Source: Anthoceros angustus (Eukaryota; Plantae; Anthocerotophyta). Taken from it: a stretch of 64,000 nucleotides of DNA. The translations under genes were made by a program, and so were the position numbers. Below, piece by piece: positions 1-11,350 of this stretch; position 1 is the first letter of the stretch, and the number at the start of each line of letters is the position of its first letter. The notes under the pieces are model-generated. The model ran no database searches. It was given only the letters and a program-made list of their open reading frames with translations, and had not been told where the DNA came from. Location of the stretch: positions 1,302,001 through 1,366,000 of the forward strand of contig MU008155.1 in the NCBI GenBank assembly GCA_010909165.1. The letters run 5' to 3'.

Positions 1-2860
1 ATAATCATTGATCCTTTCGTAGCCATCTCCCCAAAAGCCGCAGGAGGCACAAGCCGCCATTGCTCCCACATTGTCTAGGGTGGAGAATGGCTGGGTCACC
101 AACAAGTTAGACCTCGAGTGGCCGGATTAGCCAGTGATCCCGTGCTCTCAGCTCACTAAGAAGCTAGAGCACATTCGACCATTTCTTGTCTTTCTATGAG
201 GTGGTGAGAGGGTCCAAGATAGATTGGGCTAGGATGTTCTATGACACAAGATGTGAGAGGGACCACTTGACCACCTCACCCCCCTCAGCCTCTATCTCCC
301 TTCTTAATCCACATTTTTGACCATGCCAAGTTGCCGGAGGGATAGAGATGGTCTCACCTTTCCATGCCCGGAGGCCGTGTTTGAAGAAGGAAGCCCAAAG
401 AGGAGTCGAGGAAGAGGCCATCTCCAGTGGCACGGGAGTGAAGATGAGAAGTCCAAGTGTCCATGAAGAGGAATGTGGCGGTTAAGGCATCACCGGCAAC
501 AAAGCAACTGGAGTTGCTAAGACCCCAACAGCACCAAGAGAGGTCGGCCGAGCAACAGGGGACTCCAACCACTCCTAGAGCCACAAGAGCACGACCGGGA
601 ACTCACCCGATGTAAGGATAAAGGAAAGGCCAGCAGCACTATCCAGGAGCCCGTGCGGGAAGCCACAGTCATCAGAGGAATCACCAACCTTGGGCACGCC
701 GAGCCGACCGAGAAAGTCACACTGCTCAAGGGTGACCTCAAGTATACCCCAAGTGGTCGCAGGGAGAGCCGGGCCAGCCAGATAGGAAGGAGGGAACCCA
801 TCCCTGAAGGTTTGGGGCCTAACATCACCCTGCAAGAGCCGGTCTCAATGGCACGCACTAGGTGAGATGGAGGACCGATAGCTCGTCCTCTTTGTTAGGT
901 TTACAGCAGTAGGGGAACAACAGGAGAGCAAGGAGCTGGAATGAAGGAGAAGGAGGTCTTGAGGGACGCCTAGGTAGCATGGGGGAATTAAGGAAGGTCC
1001 GGAAGAGTTGCAGCAAGACCAAGGATCGAAACCCTCATGGTTCACCTGACGACAAAGCACCATAGGGGAGCTGAATGTCATCTCGGATGCGCAAGTTCAG
1101 CCGAAACTGGGATGCCTCGCCGGGCGCCACAAGAAGGAGAGGGACGAGGCAAGGAAAGGTTGGAAAGAGGCCAAGAGGGCTGTGGATTGCAAGGAGAGCC
1201 ACCGTGGAAGATGCGGAGCCTCCCATGGAAGAATCATCGAGTTAGCACCGAGGAGGTTGCTAAGCAAGCAACCGCCGGGCCGCTAAGGAAACACCTGCAC
1301 TGCTGTTAAGGGAGCAACAGCTCCAAGACCAAGAGCTACAACAAGGAAGAAGGGGGGAGCTGTACACCGTGGAGGAGGATAAATGTTGTGGGGAGGGGGA
1401 CATGGAGGTACTTGATCCATGCCTTGACGGCACGGATCCTACCTATGGGTTGGATTCTAAGGAGGAAACTCTCACCGACTCCAGGATTCAAGAGCTCACC
1501 GAGGAGGAGTACTGCATCATGCGGCGAGCACAAGAGAGAGAGGAGTCCAGCCGAGGAGGTAGAGATTTTATGGGAGAGATTGCCCAACCAGCCAAGAGGG
1601 AGGAGAGCAAGAGGAGAACATGGGCCTAGGAGGCCTGTGGAGAGGTAATAGGGGTAAGTGGCCTAAATAGCTAAAGGCCCATGTGTTATAGATAAATCTT
1701 ATCCTCTCATAGTGGATGAATTGATAGATAGGCCTCTAGGATTGGTAGGCTAAGACCGATTGGTATTTTTGGCAAGCGCCCAAGCCGCTTTGTAATGATC
1801 TTGGGTATAAGAGGCGCCCTCTTGATGAAATGTAAGCAATGTTGGCCTAAGTCTTGGTGTTTCGAGCACGGGGGTTTGGGAGGGTGATCCAGGTCGTAAG
1901 TCTAGACTGCCTCTCGCTGTGGGAGCAAGAAGACTACTGTTGCCCAGATCCGTGGCCGATCCGCAAGAGTGGTGGAAAGCAAGGGAGGGAGCCTTGAGGT
2001 CTCCTTGGAGGAGTCCTCAAGGTCAAGAGGAAGGGGTTGTGAAGCCGGGAGGCTGTCCTTTACTCATTCCTTCATTGTCTAGTACTCACCTTGTGTTTAA
2101 GTTTCGTGTGTGGAGATTTGGTGTTTGGAAAATGAGAGACAAGTGAACTGTGAGAGAAGTGAGAATGCCGACATGGGAGAGTGATGGCTGTTTGAGAGGA
2201 GTAAGAAGGGAGAAGTCTGTAAGTGATGTTTGTGTTGAAGAGAGAGCCGTGAGTGGAGGTTGAAGATCCCGTGAGGAGGAAGAAATGATTAAGAGGAACA
2301 AGTATTTTGAGAGTTGGTGAAGGGGTAAGGTCCGGATGAGAACCTTGTGGGCTGGAGAGGAGCCAGAGTGGGAAGAGATTGAATGGGCGTGAGGTGTGAA
2401 CAAGGAGTTGAAGAGAGCTGGGGAAACTTGAGAGTGTGGAGAGGGCTGATGAGGCACCCCAAGGACTGTGAGAGTGGAGGGTCTGTGAGTGGAAGGTGAG
2501 CTGAAAGGCCGGAGAGGGGCAAGGAAGTCAAAGAAGTCCGCAAGAGTGAGAAAAGAGTTATGGGAGCGAATCCCGATTGGTGGATCTAACTTTGTGGATG
2601 AATAAGAGAGAGAGAGAGAGAGAGATCACTTATCCACTTGGATCCCGACTGGGACCCACTATTAGCCGACTGATCCCAAGGTGGACCCTCCGCTAAATAG
2701 AGGTTGCTAAGTTAGCAACCGGTCCCGCTGCCGGGTAGTATCAGTCGCGTGGCTAAGATAGCCATGTGTCCGAGTGTTGTTAGGTAGTAGCCGTCTCAGA
2801 ATCGCTAGATGTTTGTGTCCGTGTTGGTTGGATTGGCTATGTTTTGGTTGTCTTGACACG
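1..2860 (+). mobile_element. Long LTR-like region (left end outside the window) with broken accessory ORF remnants upstream of a TATA box
   Basis: GTATAAGAGG at 1805-1814 is identical to the TATA context at 56053-56062 of the solo-LTR-like unit. Charged ORF fragments (1037-1309, 1369-1629) lie upstream of it, the same layout as 53787-56491. A possible LTR-type end GTCTTGACA lies near 2850-2858. The boundary is uncertain. Confidence 0.4.
2605..2625. repeat. (AG)10 microsatellite
   Basis: Read directly from the sequence. Confidence 0.95.
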
Positions 2861-2899
2861 AAATCACTCCCTTGGGTACGAATCTCAAGTCTACAACGA

Positions 2900-3900
2900 T
2901 AAGAGGGTAAATGTGGCCCTTTGTGACCACTTGGTTTAGAAAAATCACTCCACACCCCCAAGCATGCTCAAGCCCACACTTTGGGCAAGGATGTATGGAG
3001 ATGTGGAAAGGCCGGTCGCAGAACGTAGTGTGCGATCGAGTGAAGGCAAGGTTCATGACCAATGATGTTGTGCTTCACCGCCGATCCGAGGACTCTTCTC
3101 TGTGGAGTGTGGATCTCATGCCGACATGCCGAGACGCCAGATCGAAACAAGCATGTCATGCTAATGGTGGAGCATTTGAAGTGGTGCGAGGTTGCCATCT
3201 TACCCAAGCGTGACTCTCGGCTTACCGAAGGCGTTCTGGCTTCCGCTCTTAGTCGATATGGAGCATGTAGAGGTTCTCACCGACGGCAAAGAATTGGGGA
3301 ATTTCAAGACTTGTTGAGAGCTTGATTGATCATCGACGCCGAGAGATCATCCTCAAGCCGATGGACTTGAACGCTTGCGACTTCAAGCCGGCCTTGCAAG
3401 TATTGTCTCACAAATGACCAAGACATGGGATGAAGGGATGCCATACCTAGTGCTAGGGTACAGGTGAGCAATCAAGCAGCCTTGAGCAATTTTTCACCAT
3501 ACTACTTGTTGTATGGGCGACAACCATTTTGCCAAACGTGAGGCAAGCAAGGCTACAAGCACCGGATTGGCAATGCGGATGATTGCCTACGAGACCGGAA
3601 AGGCGGCGTAGCTTTTCAAACGGATCATGCCCATGGCAATGGAGAACCTTGCCATAGCGCAACATGTGGATCAAGCGCTATGCTTACACACGAGGAGGGA
3701 CATGGAAACCCAAGGTGCGCAAGTTCGGTTGGAGATTATGTCTACCGCATCGGAAGCCGTGCAACACCTTGGAGGTATCCACCAGCAGTCATCTTGCGGG
3801 TCGTGCGAGTAGGCAAAGATGGAGTGCTTGAGCTCAAGGATCGATGGCGAAGATGGAAGGATCACCTCAAGAACTGCGCACCATGCCACTTACCCAATTT
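2900..3900 (+). pseudogene. Ty3/gypsy integrase remnant (frameshifted)
   Basis: Across frames: LKPTLWARMYGDV..VCDRVKARF (zinc-binding part), WSVDLM, RNKHVMLMVEHLKWCEVAILP (first catalytic region), GEFQDLL..LIDHR, then ILRVVRVGKDGVLEL..DHLKNCAPCHLPNLDP. No gag, protease or RT was seen adjacent. Confidence 0.85.
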
Positions 3901-3949
3901 GGACCCTCAACTACGGCCTACAATGTGGCGTCCACCCAAAGACTTGGAG

Positions 3950-4027
3950 TGTCAGGTTTGTGGACGCACTGATGATGATGATGTAATGCTTCTTTGTGAT
4001 CGGTGCAATAGGGGATACCACATGTTT
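3950..4027 (+). pseudogene. PHD finger fused C-terminal to the integrase, truncated
   Basis: CQVCGRTDDDDVMLLCDRCNRGYHMF gives the C4-H part of a C4HC3 PHD finger, in frame with the integrase tail (ORF 3680-4249). The last three Cys are lost at the junction with a copia fragment. Confidence 0.85.
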
Positions 4028-4029
4028 GC

Positions 4030-4241
4030 ACCTATATACCTGCGTATTAGATTTGTTTGCTTGGTTGTTGGTCGAGGAAGTGCTTATATGAATTCAAGTG
4101 CTTACCTCGTGCAACATCTATGTGTTTTGTGCGTGCATGGAACCTTGGTTGGCCACAAGAGCGATTGCCGACATGTTGTCACAAAACAACTGTGTGGCTC
4201 CTGGTTGGGTCATGTAAACGGAGTCAAGGAACTGCCTTTCC
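4030..4241 (-). pseudogene. Ty1/copia RNase H fragment
   Basis: TQPGATQLFCDNMSAIALVANQGSMHAQN followed, after a frameshift, by KHIDVA. This matches the copia motif CDNxSAI...HARTKHID. Confidence 0.8.
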
Positions 4242-4345
4242 CACTCTAGTTCCTTACAGGCATCAGTTAGAGGTAATAAAATGTAGTAAAATTCTATAGT
4301 AAAAGTATGTAGTAAAATTTTATGGTAAAATCGTAGTAAAATTCC
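4242..4345 (+). mobile_element. Degenerate CACTA-type terminus with subterminal repeats
   Basis: CACTCTAG at 4242 (CACTACTAG with one base missing) is followed by about 5 copies of a GTAGTAAAA-like motif. The same motif lies next to the CACTA TIR at 34991. Confidence 0.45.
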
Positions 4346-5084
4346 TTCCATCACATACACCGCAATCCTCGCCTCCCTTTGTATGCAAAAACAAGAGTTG
4401 ACCTCTCCAGCCACCAAATCCATGGCCTGAAAACCCGCATCCTGTAAAATTTACACACCCAAAATACGAGGTCCCGCAACAAGAAATTTCTGCAAATTAT
4501 GCAACATGGAAATGATGAAAGCAACAAAGATGCACTCTAACCTTAATCATTCCGACTTCTCAGATCCTGGCTACTTTGCGGGAAGGTAGTGCCCTACCAT
4601 CCACCCATCGTCTAAGAATTTTTTTTCATGATGGCGCCCATGACCTAAGCACGCATTCATCGGGTTGGGTAACTTGCTCGCCCAACATGTTCCACACGCT
4701 AATAGCAGGTCAATCCTCCCTCGTGAGTTAACCTGCGGACCCAAAGAAGGACTCTGTGATTTTGGAATTCATCCAAAATCCTCGCAGCCTTCACCGCCAA
4801 TTTCCGTGAACCGTACTTCAGCCTGATCTCATCCACGGTTGGCTCCTCCCAAACATTCCTTCGAACCTATCCAAAACCACGCCGCCCCATGGCCGGGCAT
4901 GCGAGGTATTGTTACTGTGGAGTGCCAAACCACGTCCGTATTTTGGCGGCTTGTTTTGGTTTTTTTTCGGTCACATCATGCTAAGAGGGAGGAGTAGCAA
5001 TAACGCGATTGCAATCCAGACCTCGGGTCCGTTGAGGACGGAGCCGTCTGGCAGGTCTCAGGGTCCGCCCCGGGCTCCGGAGTG

Positions 5085-5655
5085 GTCTCGCCCGGCAGTG
5101 GAGGGTCTGCCCGGCGTAGGTCGATGGGAGGGTCTGTCGGCAGGTCTGATTGAGCTGGTTCGGTAGGTCCGAGGAGTGGTCTGCCCGGCGAGGTCGGCTT
5201 GAGGGTCTGCCTGGCGAGGTCCGACGGAGGGTCTGCCCGGGCGAGGTCCGATTGAGTGGTCTGCCCGGGCGTAGGTCGACGGAGGGTCTGCCCGGGTGGT
5301 CTGGACGGGTCTGCCCGGCGAGGTCTGGGAGTGGTCTGCTCGGCGAGGTCTGGATGAGGGTCTGCCCGGTAGGTCTGACGAGTGGTCTGCCCGGGCGAGG
5401 TCTGACGGAGGGTCTGCTCGGGCGAGGTCTGGCGAGTGGGTCTGCCCGGCGTAGGTCTGGAGTGGTCTGCCCGGGCGAGGTCGGATGAGTGGTCTGCCCG
5501 GCAGGTCTGACGGAGGGTCTGCCCGGGCAGGTCTGGCCGGAGTGGTCTGCCCGGCGAGGTCTGACGAGGGTCTGCTCGCGAGTCTGATGGAGTGGTCTGC
5601 CCGCGAGGTCCACGGAGTGGTCTGCCTGAGAGGTTCGGCGAGTGGTCTGCTCGGG
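5085..5655. repeat. GC-rich short tandem array (GGTCTG core, ~13/27-bp periodicity) inside LTR copy 1
   Basis: Repeated GAGGTCTG..GAGTGGTCTGCCCGGGC units. These explain the stop-free repetitive ORFs in several frames. Confidence 0.9.
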
Positions 5656-6039
5656 TCACCGAGTCTCGCCGGTGGTTTAGTTTGGTGGCACCGCATGGAT
5701 CTACTGCGGGAAGTACTGGTGCAAGAAGTCCGGGCAGTTGATGAGCTACGCCCATGCTACCACGACCGGTTAGTTACATACATAGTGGTTAGGATACATA
5801 CATAGGCGGGTTAGGTTAGGTATGGGAGTATAGGAAGGCTCGCGCAAGACGGCAGACTATCCTGTACCATCTTCAAGGCCTGGTTTTGCCTCCGTGCTCG
5901 AGGAGCGGAGTGAGTTCCCGCCACCGCAGGTGATTAATTGGTGGTAGAGGGATGTGTTTAGAGCTCGTGACGAGCCCGCCAACACGCTTTGATGGGTGCA
6001 TGGATCGGACTCGAGCTCGGAGGTGCTCATGGGTGATTT

Positions 6040-7040
6040 CGTAGACTAACCTTGAGGCCGCTGAACGGAGGTCGGGGATGCAGTCACAAGCCACTTCGCA
6101 AACGTGAAGTGAGGGGATTAGGAGGCGCTGGGGTGACTCACGGGCGGAAGCCATCCTTGAGGTCACTGAACGGAGGTGGGGGATGCATAAGCCACTTCTC
6201 CGCAACGGAAGCACCGGGAGGATTAGGAGGCGCTGGGGTGACTGGGCGGAAGCCATCCTTGAGGTCAGAACGGAGGTCGTGGGGTTGCAGTCGCAGCTAC
6301 TCCGCAACGTGAAGCCGGAAGGGGCAAAGGCGGCCCGGTGTGAATACATCGCGTGTTGGTGTTGTGACTACTAGCGGAATGGATAAGGGAGAAGGGTCGG
6401 GTTGCGGTGTGTTGAGGTGGAGTTGTGGCTTGAGTTGAGGAGCGCCGGGCGCTAGAGTACGACCGATCGAAGGAACGCTGCTAAACCTGCTCCGTAGTAC
6501 CGAGAACCGGGTTTGTGGAAGGTCCGGTCGCGCGCCGTCCGACGAGTTGTGGAGGGGCACACACTTAGGTTGTGGAGCCGCGACCCAACCTCGATGAAGT
6601 CCGGGTGGGACTGAGCTCGGAGGTGCTGCGGGTGATTTCTCGGGTGAGACTAACCTTGGAGGTTTCTGGAGGCATGGGGATGCAGTGCGAAGCCACTTCT
6701 CCATGAGCGTGGGCGGTAGGAGGGGATTAGGAGGCGGGGGCGACTGTGCGGAAGCCATCCTTGGAGGCTGCTGGAGCAGGCATGGGGATGCCAAGCCACT
6801 TCTCATGAGCGTGGGCGGTAGGAGGGATTGGGAGGCGCTTGGGGGCGACTGCGGGAAGCCATCCTTGGAGGCTGGGCGGAGGGTGGGGATGCAGTGAAGC
6901 CACTTCTCCATGAGAGCGGTAGGAGATTGGGAGGCGCTTGGGGGTGACTGTTGGGCGGAAGCCATCCTTGGAGGCTCTTGGAGCAATTTGTGGGGTTGCG
7001 GTGCAAAGCTACTTCTCCATGAGCGATGGGCGGTAGAAGG
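6040..7040. repeat. ~95-100-bp tandem units inside LTR copy 1
   Basis: Recurrent GCCACTTCTCCATGAGCGTGGGCGGTAGGAGGGATTAGGAGGCGCTTGGGG...GGAAGCCATCCTTGGAGG. Confidence 0.85.
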
Positions 7041-7814
7041 GGCAAAAGCGACTGGTGTGAATACAGTGTTGGTGTTGTGACTACAGGAATGGATAAGGGA
7101 GAAGGGTCGCGTTCGGCGTGTGTGTTGAGGTGGAGTTGTGGCGGACGAGTTGAGGGCTGAGGCGCTGAGTCGTGGTGGCAGGAGCGTCGTTAAACTGTTC
7201 GTAGTCTTGGAGAAATCCGGGAGGGTTTGTGGGAAGGTCCGGTGGGCTGCCGCAGTCCGACGAGTTGTGGAGGGAGGGTTGTGGAGCCTTGGACCCAACT
7301 GATGAAGTCCGTTCGGGCGATAGGGTGTAGAGCTCAGTGAGAATAAGCGAGACCATTCCCTTAGACGGACTCCTTCCTACAACGACCTGCAGGATTATGC
7401 TTGGCATCCCATCGGCCAAAGTCGCCACATTTTGGCGCCGTTCTTGAGATAGTATTGTTGTGGACTGCACGAGTTAGTAGGTAGGAGTAGGATGGTGCCA
7501 GTTGCGGTTGCGGATGGGTGTAATGGTCGGGCGGTTTGTGGAGTATCTGATAGGGAGGATGCACGGACGGACAGGGAGTCGAATCTAGCGGGAGGCCCGG
7601 CATGCTCAAGGGAGAAAGAAGATGGGCACGGGCGGGGAGGGCGACACATCAACCTCGGAGGAGGCGACTCATCCTCAGCGGAGGATGAATCTTGGTAAAA
7701 AGGTTCCCAATGTTGCCGGACGACACGAGGAGGTAGTAAAAGATGAGAAGGGAGAGTCAAGCGGAAGGCGGAGTATTGCAGGGTGTTGGGGCCGTAGCGG
7801 ATGAGAAGGGAGTA

Positions 7815-9410
7815 TGTGGAGTGCCAAATCCGATGTCCGTACTCTTGGCGGCTTGTTTTGCTTTTTGGGTCGTTCTTTGTTAAGAGGGATAGAGGAGTTA
7901 GCCAATAAGGCCATTTCGGCGGTGCACCACGGTGCAATCCTAGACCCTCGGTCGTCAGGTCCGTGGTGGTCCGTCCGGCGAGGTCGGCGGTGGTCCGTCA
8001 GGCGGGGTCCGGCGGTGGTCGAGGCGGTCGGCGGGTGGTCCGTCGGGCGGTCCGGGTGGTCGTCCGGGGCGGTCGGCGGGTGGTCCGTCCGGCGAGGTCG
8101 GCGGGTGGTCCGTCCGGCGGTCAGGCGGGTGGTCCGTCGGCGAGGTCCGGGTGGTCGTGGCGAGGTCCGGCGGAGTGGTCCGTCGGCGGTCCGTGAGTCG
8201 TCCGGGCGGTCCGGGTGGTCCGTCCTTGAGGAGGTCCGTGAGTGGTGGTAGTCCGGAGTGCGGGTGGTTTAGTTTGGTGGGCATCGCTGGCATGGATCTC
8301 TTGTTTGGCGGGGCGGTGGTGCAAGAAGTCGGCGCGGTGATGAGCTCGTCCGTGATTACCCGACCCAGTTAGGGTACATACATAGCGGGTTAGGATACAT
8401 ACATAGGCGGGTTAGGTTGGGGTATGGGAGTATATAGGAAGGCTGGCGTCCAAGGCGGCGAGACTATCCGGTACCATCTTGGCCTCCGTGTGCTCTTGCC
8501 TTCCGTGCTCGAGGCGGAGTGAGTTCTGCGTCACCGTCACGGGATTAATTGGTGGTAGGGATGTGTTTAGAGCTCGGTGGCGAGCTCCGCCAACACGCTT
8601 GATGGGTGCGGAGGGTCGGACTGAGCTCGGAGGTGCTCGCGGGTGATTTCTCGGGTGCGAGACTAACCTTGGAGGCTGCTGGAGCGGAGGTGTGGGGATG
8701 CGTGCAAGCCACTTCCATGAGCGTCGGTAGGAGGGATTAGAGGCGCTTGGGGGCGACTGGGCGGAAGCCATCCTTGGAGGCTGCTGGAGCGGAGGCATGG
8801 GGATGTTGCAGTACTTCTCCATGAGCGTGGGCGGTAGGATTAGGAGGCGCTTGGGGCGACTGCGGGAAGCCATCCTTGGAGGCTCTTTGGAGCGGAATTT
8901 GTGGGGATGCGGTGCAGTCACTTCTCTGAGCGTGAGCGGTCGGAGGAGATTAGGGCGCTTGGGGTGACTGCTGGCGGAAGCCATCCTTGAGGGCTGGAGC
9001 GGAGGCGTGGGGTTGCAGTGCAAAGCTACTTCTCCATGAGCGTGAAGCGGTAGGAAGGGGACAAAGGCGGCACGGTGTGAATACATCAGTGTTGGTGTTG
9101 TGACTTCTAGTGGGAATGGATAAGGGAAGGGTGGGTATTACGGGCGTGTGTTGAGGTGGGTTGTGGCGGACGAGGTTGAGGTATTTGGGCGCTAGAGTCG
9201 TGGAAGGCGCGTCGTTAAACTGTTAGGTAGTCTTGGAGAATCGGGGGTTTGTGGGAAGGTCCTGGGCTGGCGCTGGTCCGACCGAGTTGTGGAGGGGCAC
9301 ACACTTAGGGTTGTGGGCCGCCGGACCAACTGATGAAGTCAGATTCGGGCGATAGGGAGCTCGAGCGAATAAGCACGAGACCATTCCTTGGGAGCGGACT
9401 CCTTCCTACA
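7815..9410 (-). mobile_element. LTR copy 2 (solo-LTR-like)
   Basis: Ends are TGTGGAGTGCCAAA at 7815 and CCTTCCTACA at 9410. It has a GGTCCG-core short array (~7960-8250), a minus-strand CTATATA near 8432, and ~95-100-bp units (~8660-9060). Confidence 0.75.
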
Positions 9411-9454
9411 GCGACACGTGGTTATGCGGCATTTGTCCATCGACGAGGTAAACA

Positions 9455-11350
9455 CAACACCACCTAGAAACGATATGTGCCCTACTGATAATGCACACCG
9501 CTGAGGTCATACTTTGATAAAGATGCACTTTCAAGTCTACACCGAGGCTGGAGCCTGAGTGGGGCAGCCCGTTCGCGTTTTAGTAGAATGCATAGAGGGC
9601 TGCCATTTTCATATATTTATTACAATAGAAACTTTTACTTTCAAGTGGTGGAACACAATGAAAACAATCACACTAGCGGAGTCTCATTTAAGTGGTCGTG
9701 AGAACATTGCAACAAACAAGCTGCTGAAGGAGGAAGTGGTCATCGGCATCGACAATAGCCATTCAAGAGTGCGGCTGGCGACTCATCCATGCCTTGAGTC
9801 AGTACCACCGCCATATTAGGGCGGTCCATATCCTCCGCCTCGAAGTTGTCGTTCTCCTCCATTGCTTGCTCGTCTTCAATAGTATCATTCTTGGGCCCGG
9901 TCCAAGCGGTGTCGGCGCCACCAGGCATCTGTGCTGACCCTCATCCAAAAGGTCGCGGTCGTGGTCTTCAACCTTCGGCACTCAATGCAACCACTTGGGC
10001 TTTAAGGCAATGCCAACGTCCTTAAAATGAACAAAGTTAGTTGCCCATGCGCCCATGCAAGCATCCTTAAAATCAACAAAATTGAACTATTGAGGAGGCA
10101 CGAGGTTTGAACACGAAACCTATTCATTACACTTATTTCCCAAACACTAGACCAACAGTCCATGGTTGAATTCTTGAGGCGCTAAATATTTATTTTTGGA
10201 AGACAGCCTAGGAGGGGCCATGGTAGGCAGGGTGTGCTGGGGAGGGCGGCCGGCCATGGGCAGGCATGGCGTGTTGGTGGGGCGGCAGGCGGTGGCGAGG
10301 CCTGCTAGGGGCGTGTATGGGCGAGTGTGCTAGGGAGGCCGTGGCCCGGCCCCATGGGCGTGTGCTAGGGAGGCGGCCGTATAATGCAGTGTGTTGGGGG
10401 CGCCGTATGGGCAGTGTGCTAGGGGAGGCCGTGGCCGTGCCAGCGAACATCTTTGGGGGCGCGGTCGTGGCGCCCTCCTGCCTCATCCGGTGCATCTGGG
10501 TGAAGCTAGGGGGACAAGAAGGCAGCGGTATCCTATCACCGATGGAAGGTGTGGCCCATTTTGCGGGAAGGGTTAAAGATTTGCATCCATAGGTGGTATT
10601 GAAGAGTATAAGTGGTGGGAAGCTTTTTGGACGGAAGGAGATTGCTATCGTTGTGGAGAATAACATTGGGCTAGTGCTACGTCCTTGGAAGTGGTTTTCA
10701 CGTGCGAAGTGGATCATCTGACTGACCACTTCAAGTGCGGATGAAGCTTTGCTAGATGAGGCATTATTGAGGACCTCCACGTGATGATATGTATTTGGGG
10801 GCATATCAAAATGCGGGAAGGCAAGCTGCGGGAAATGCACGGATGAATGGGGACATACAATCAGGAGGGATGTTTACGGCGGTCGTGCAATACGGACATG
10901 CATAGCAGGCCATTACGGATTGGGGAGGTCATTGGCGTGAAGCTAAGCGCACGACCTCACTTTCTTATCCACTAGTATCGGACCGAGCACATAGATGCGT
11001 ATGAAGGGAGATATGTGCGGGAACACATAGTCGCCCTGGTAACCCATCGGTCCAATCTTAGGAAAAAGGGAATAAGATCCATTACCTAAAAACATCTGAG
11101 GAGGTATTTGTGAAAGCAGTCATCACTGTTATGGGTTTTATGTTGAGCATGCGGAAACATCATGTCACGGTGGACAAAAGCGATAAGGGATAAGCTCTGC
11201 GAGTTGCGTGGCTTCATACAACTGCGGTGAAAGTGTGAAGATAGTGATGACAATGGAGGAGAAAATTTGGACCAAGTGATGTGATGGATTGAACTACGGG
11301 GATGAGTGGGAAATCTCGTTTTCCGGGGTCCCGAGTTAATGTTGTAGTCC
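9455..11350. repeat. Inverted copy of 31673-33680 (GC-rich low-complexity block plus degenerate zinc-knuckle-like segment)
   Basis: For example, 11300-11350 is the reverse complement of 31673-31725 (GGACTACAACATTAACTCGGGACCCCGGAAAACGAG), and 9500-9545 matches 33575-33625. Confidence 0.9.

Larger units (their letters stand above)
4916..7384 (-). mobile_element. LTR copy 1 (solo-LTR-like) with a ~0.6-0.7-kb internal duplication
   Basis: On + it begins TGTGGAGTGCCAAA and ends CCTTCCTACA(ACG). It is colinear with copies 2 and 3. A minus-strand TATA-like site lies near 5830. Block ~6010-6610 is repeated at ~6611-7315. No matching TSD was found. Confidence 0.75.

Noticed and set aside
4976-5805. 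Long ORFs in several frames (RADHSSDLPGRP repeats), also at 7955-8372 and 11441-11874
   Set aside because: They are by-products of stop-free GC-rich tandem arrays inside LTRs; there is no evidence of coding.
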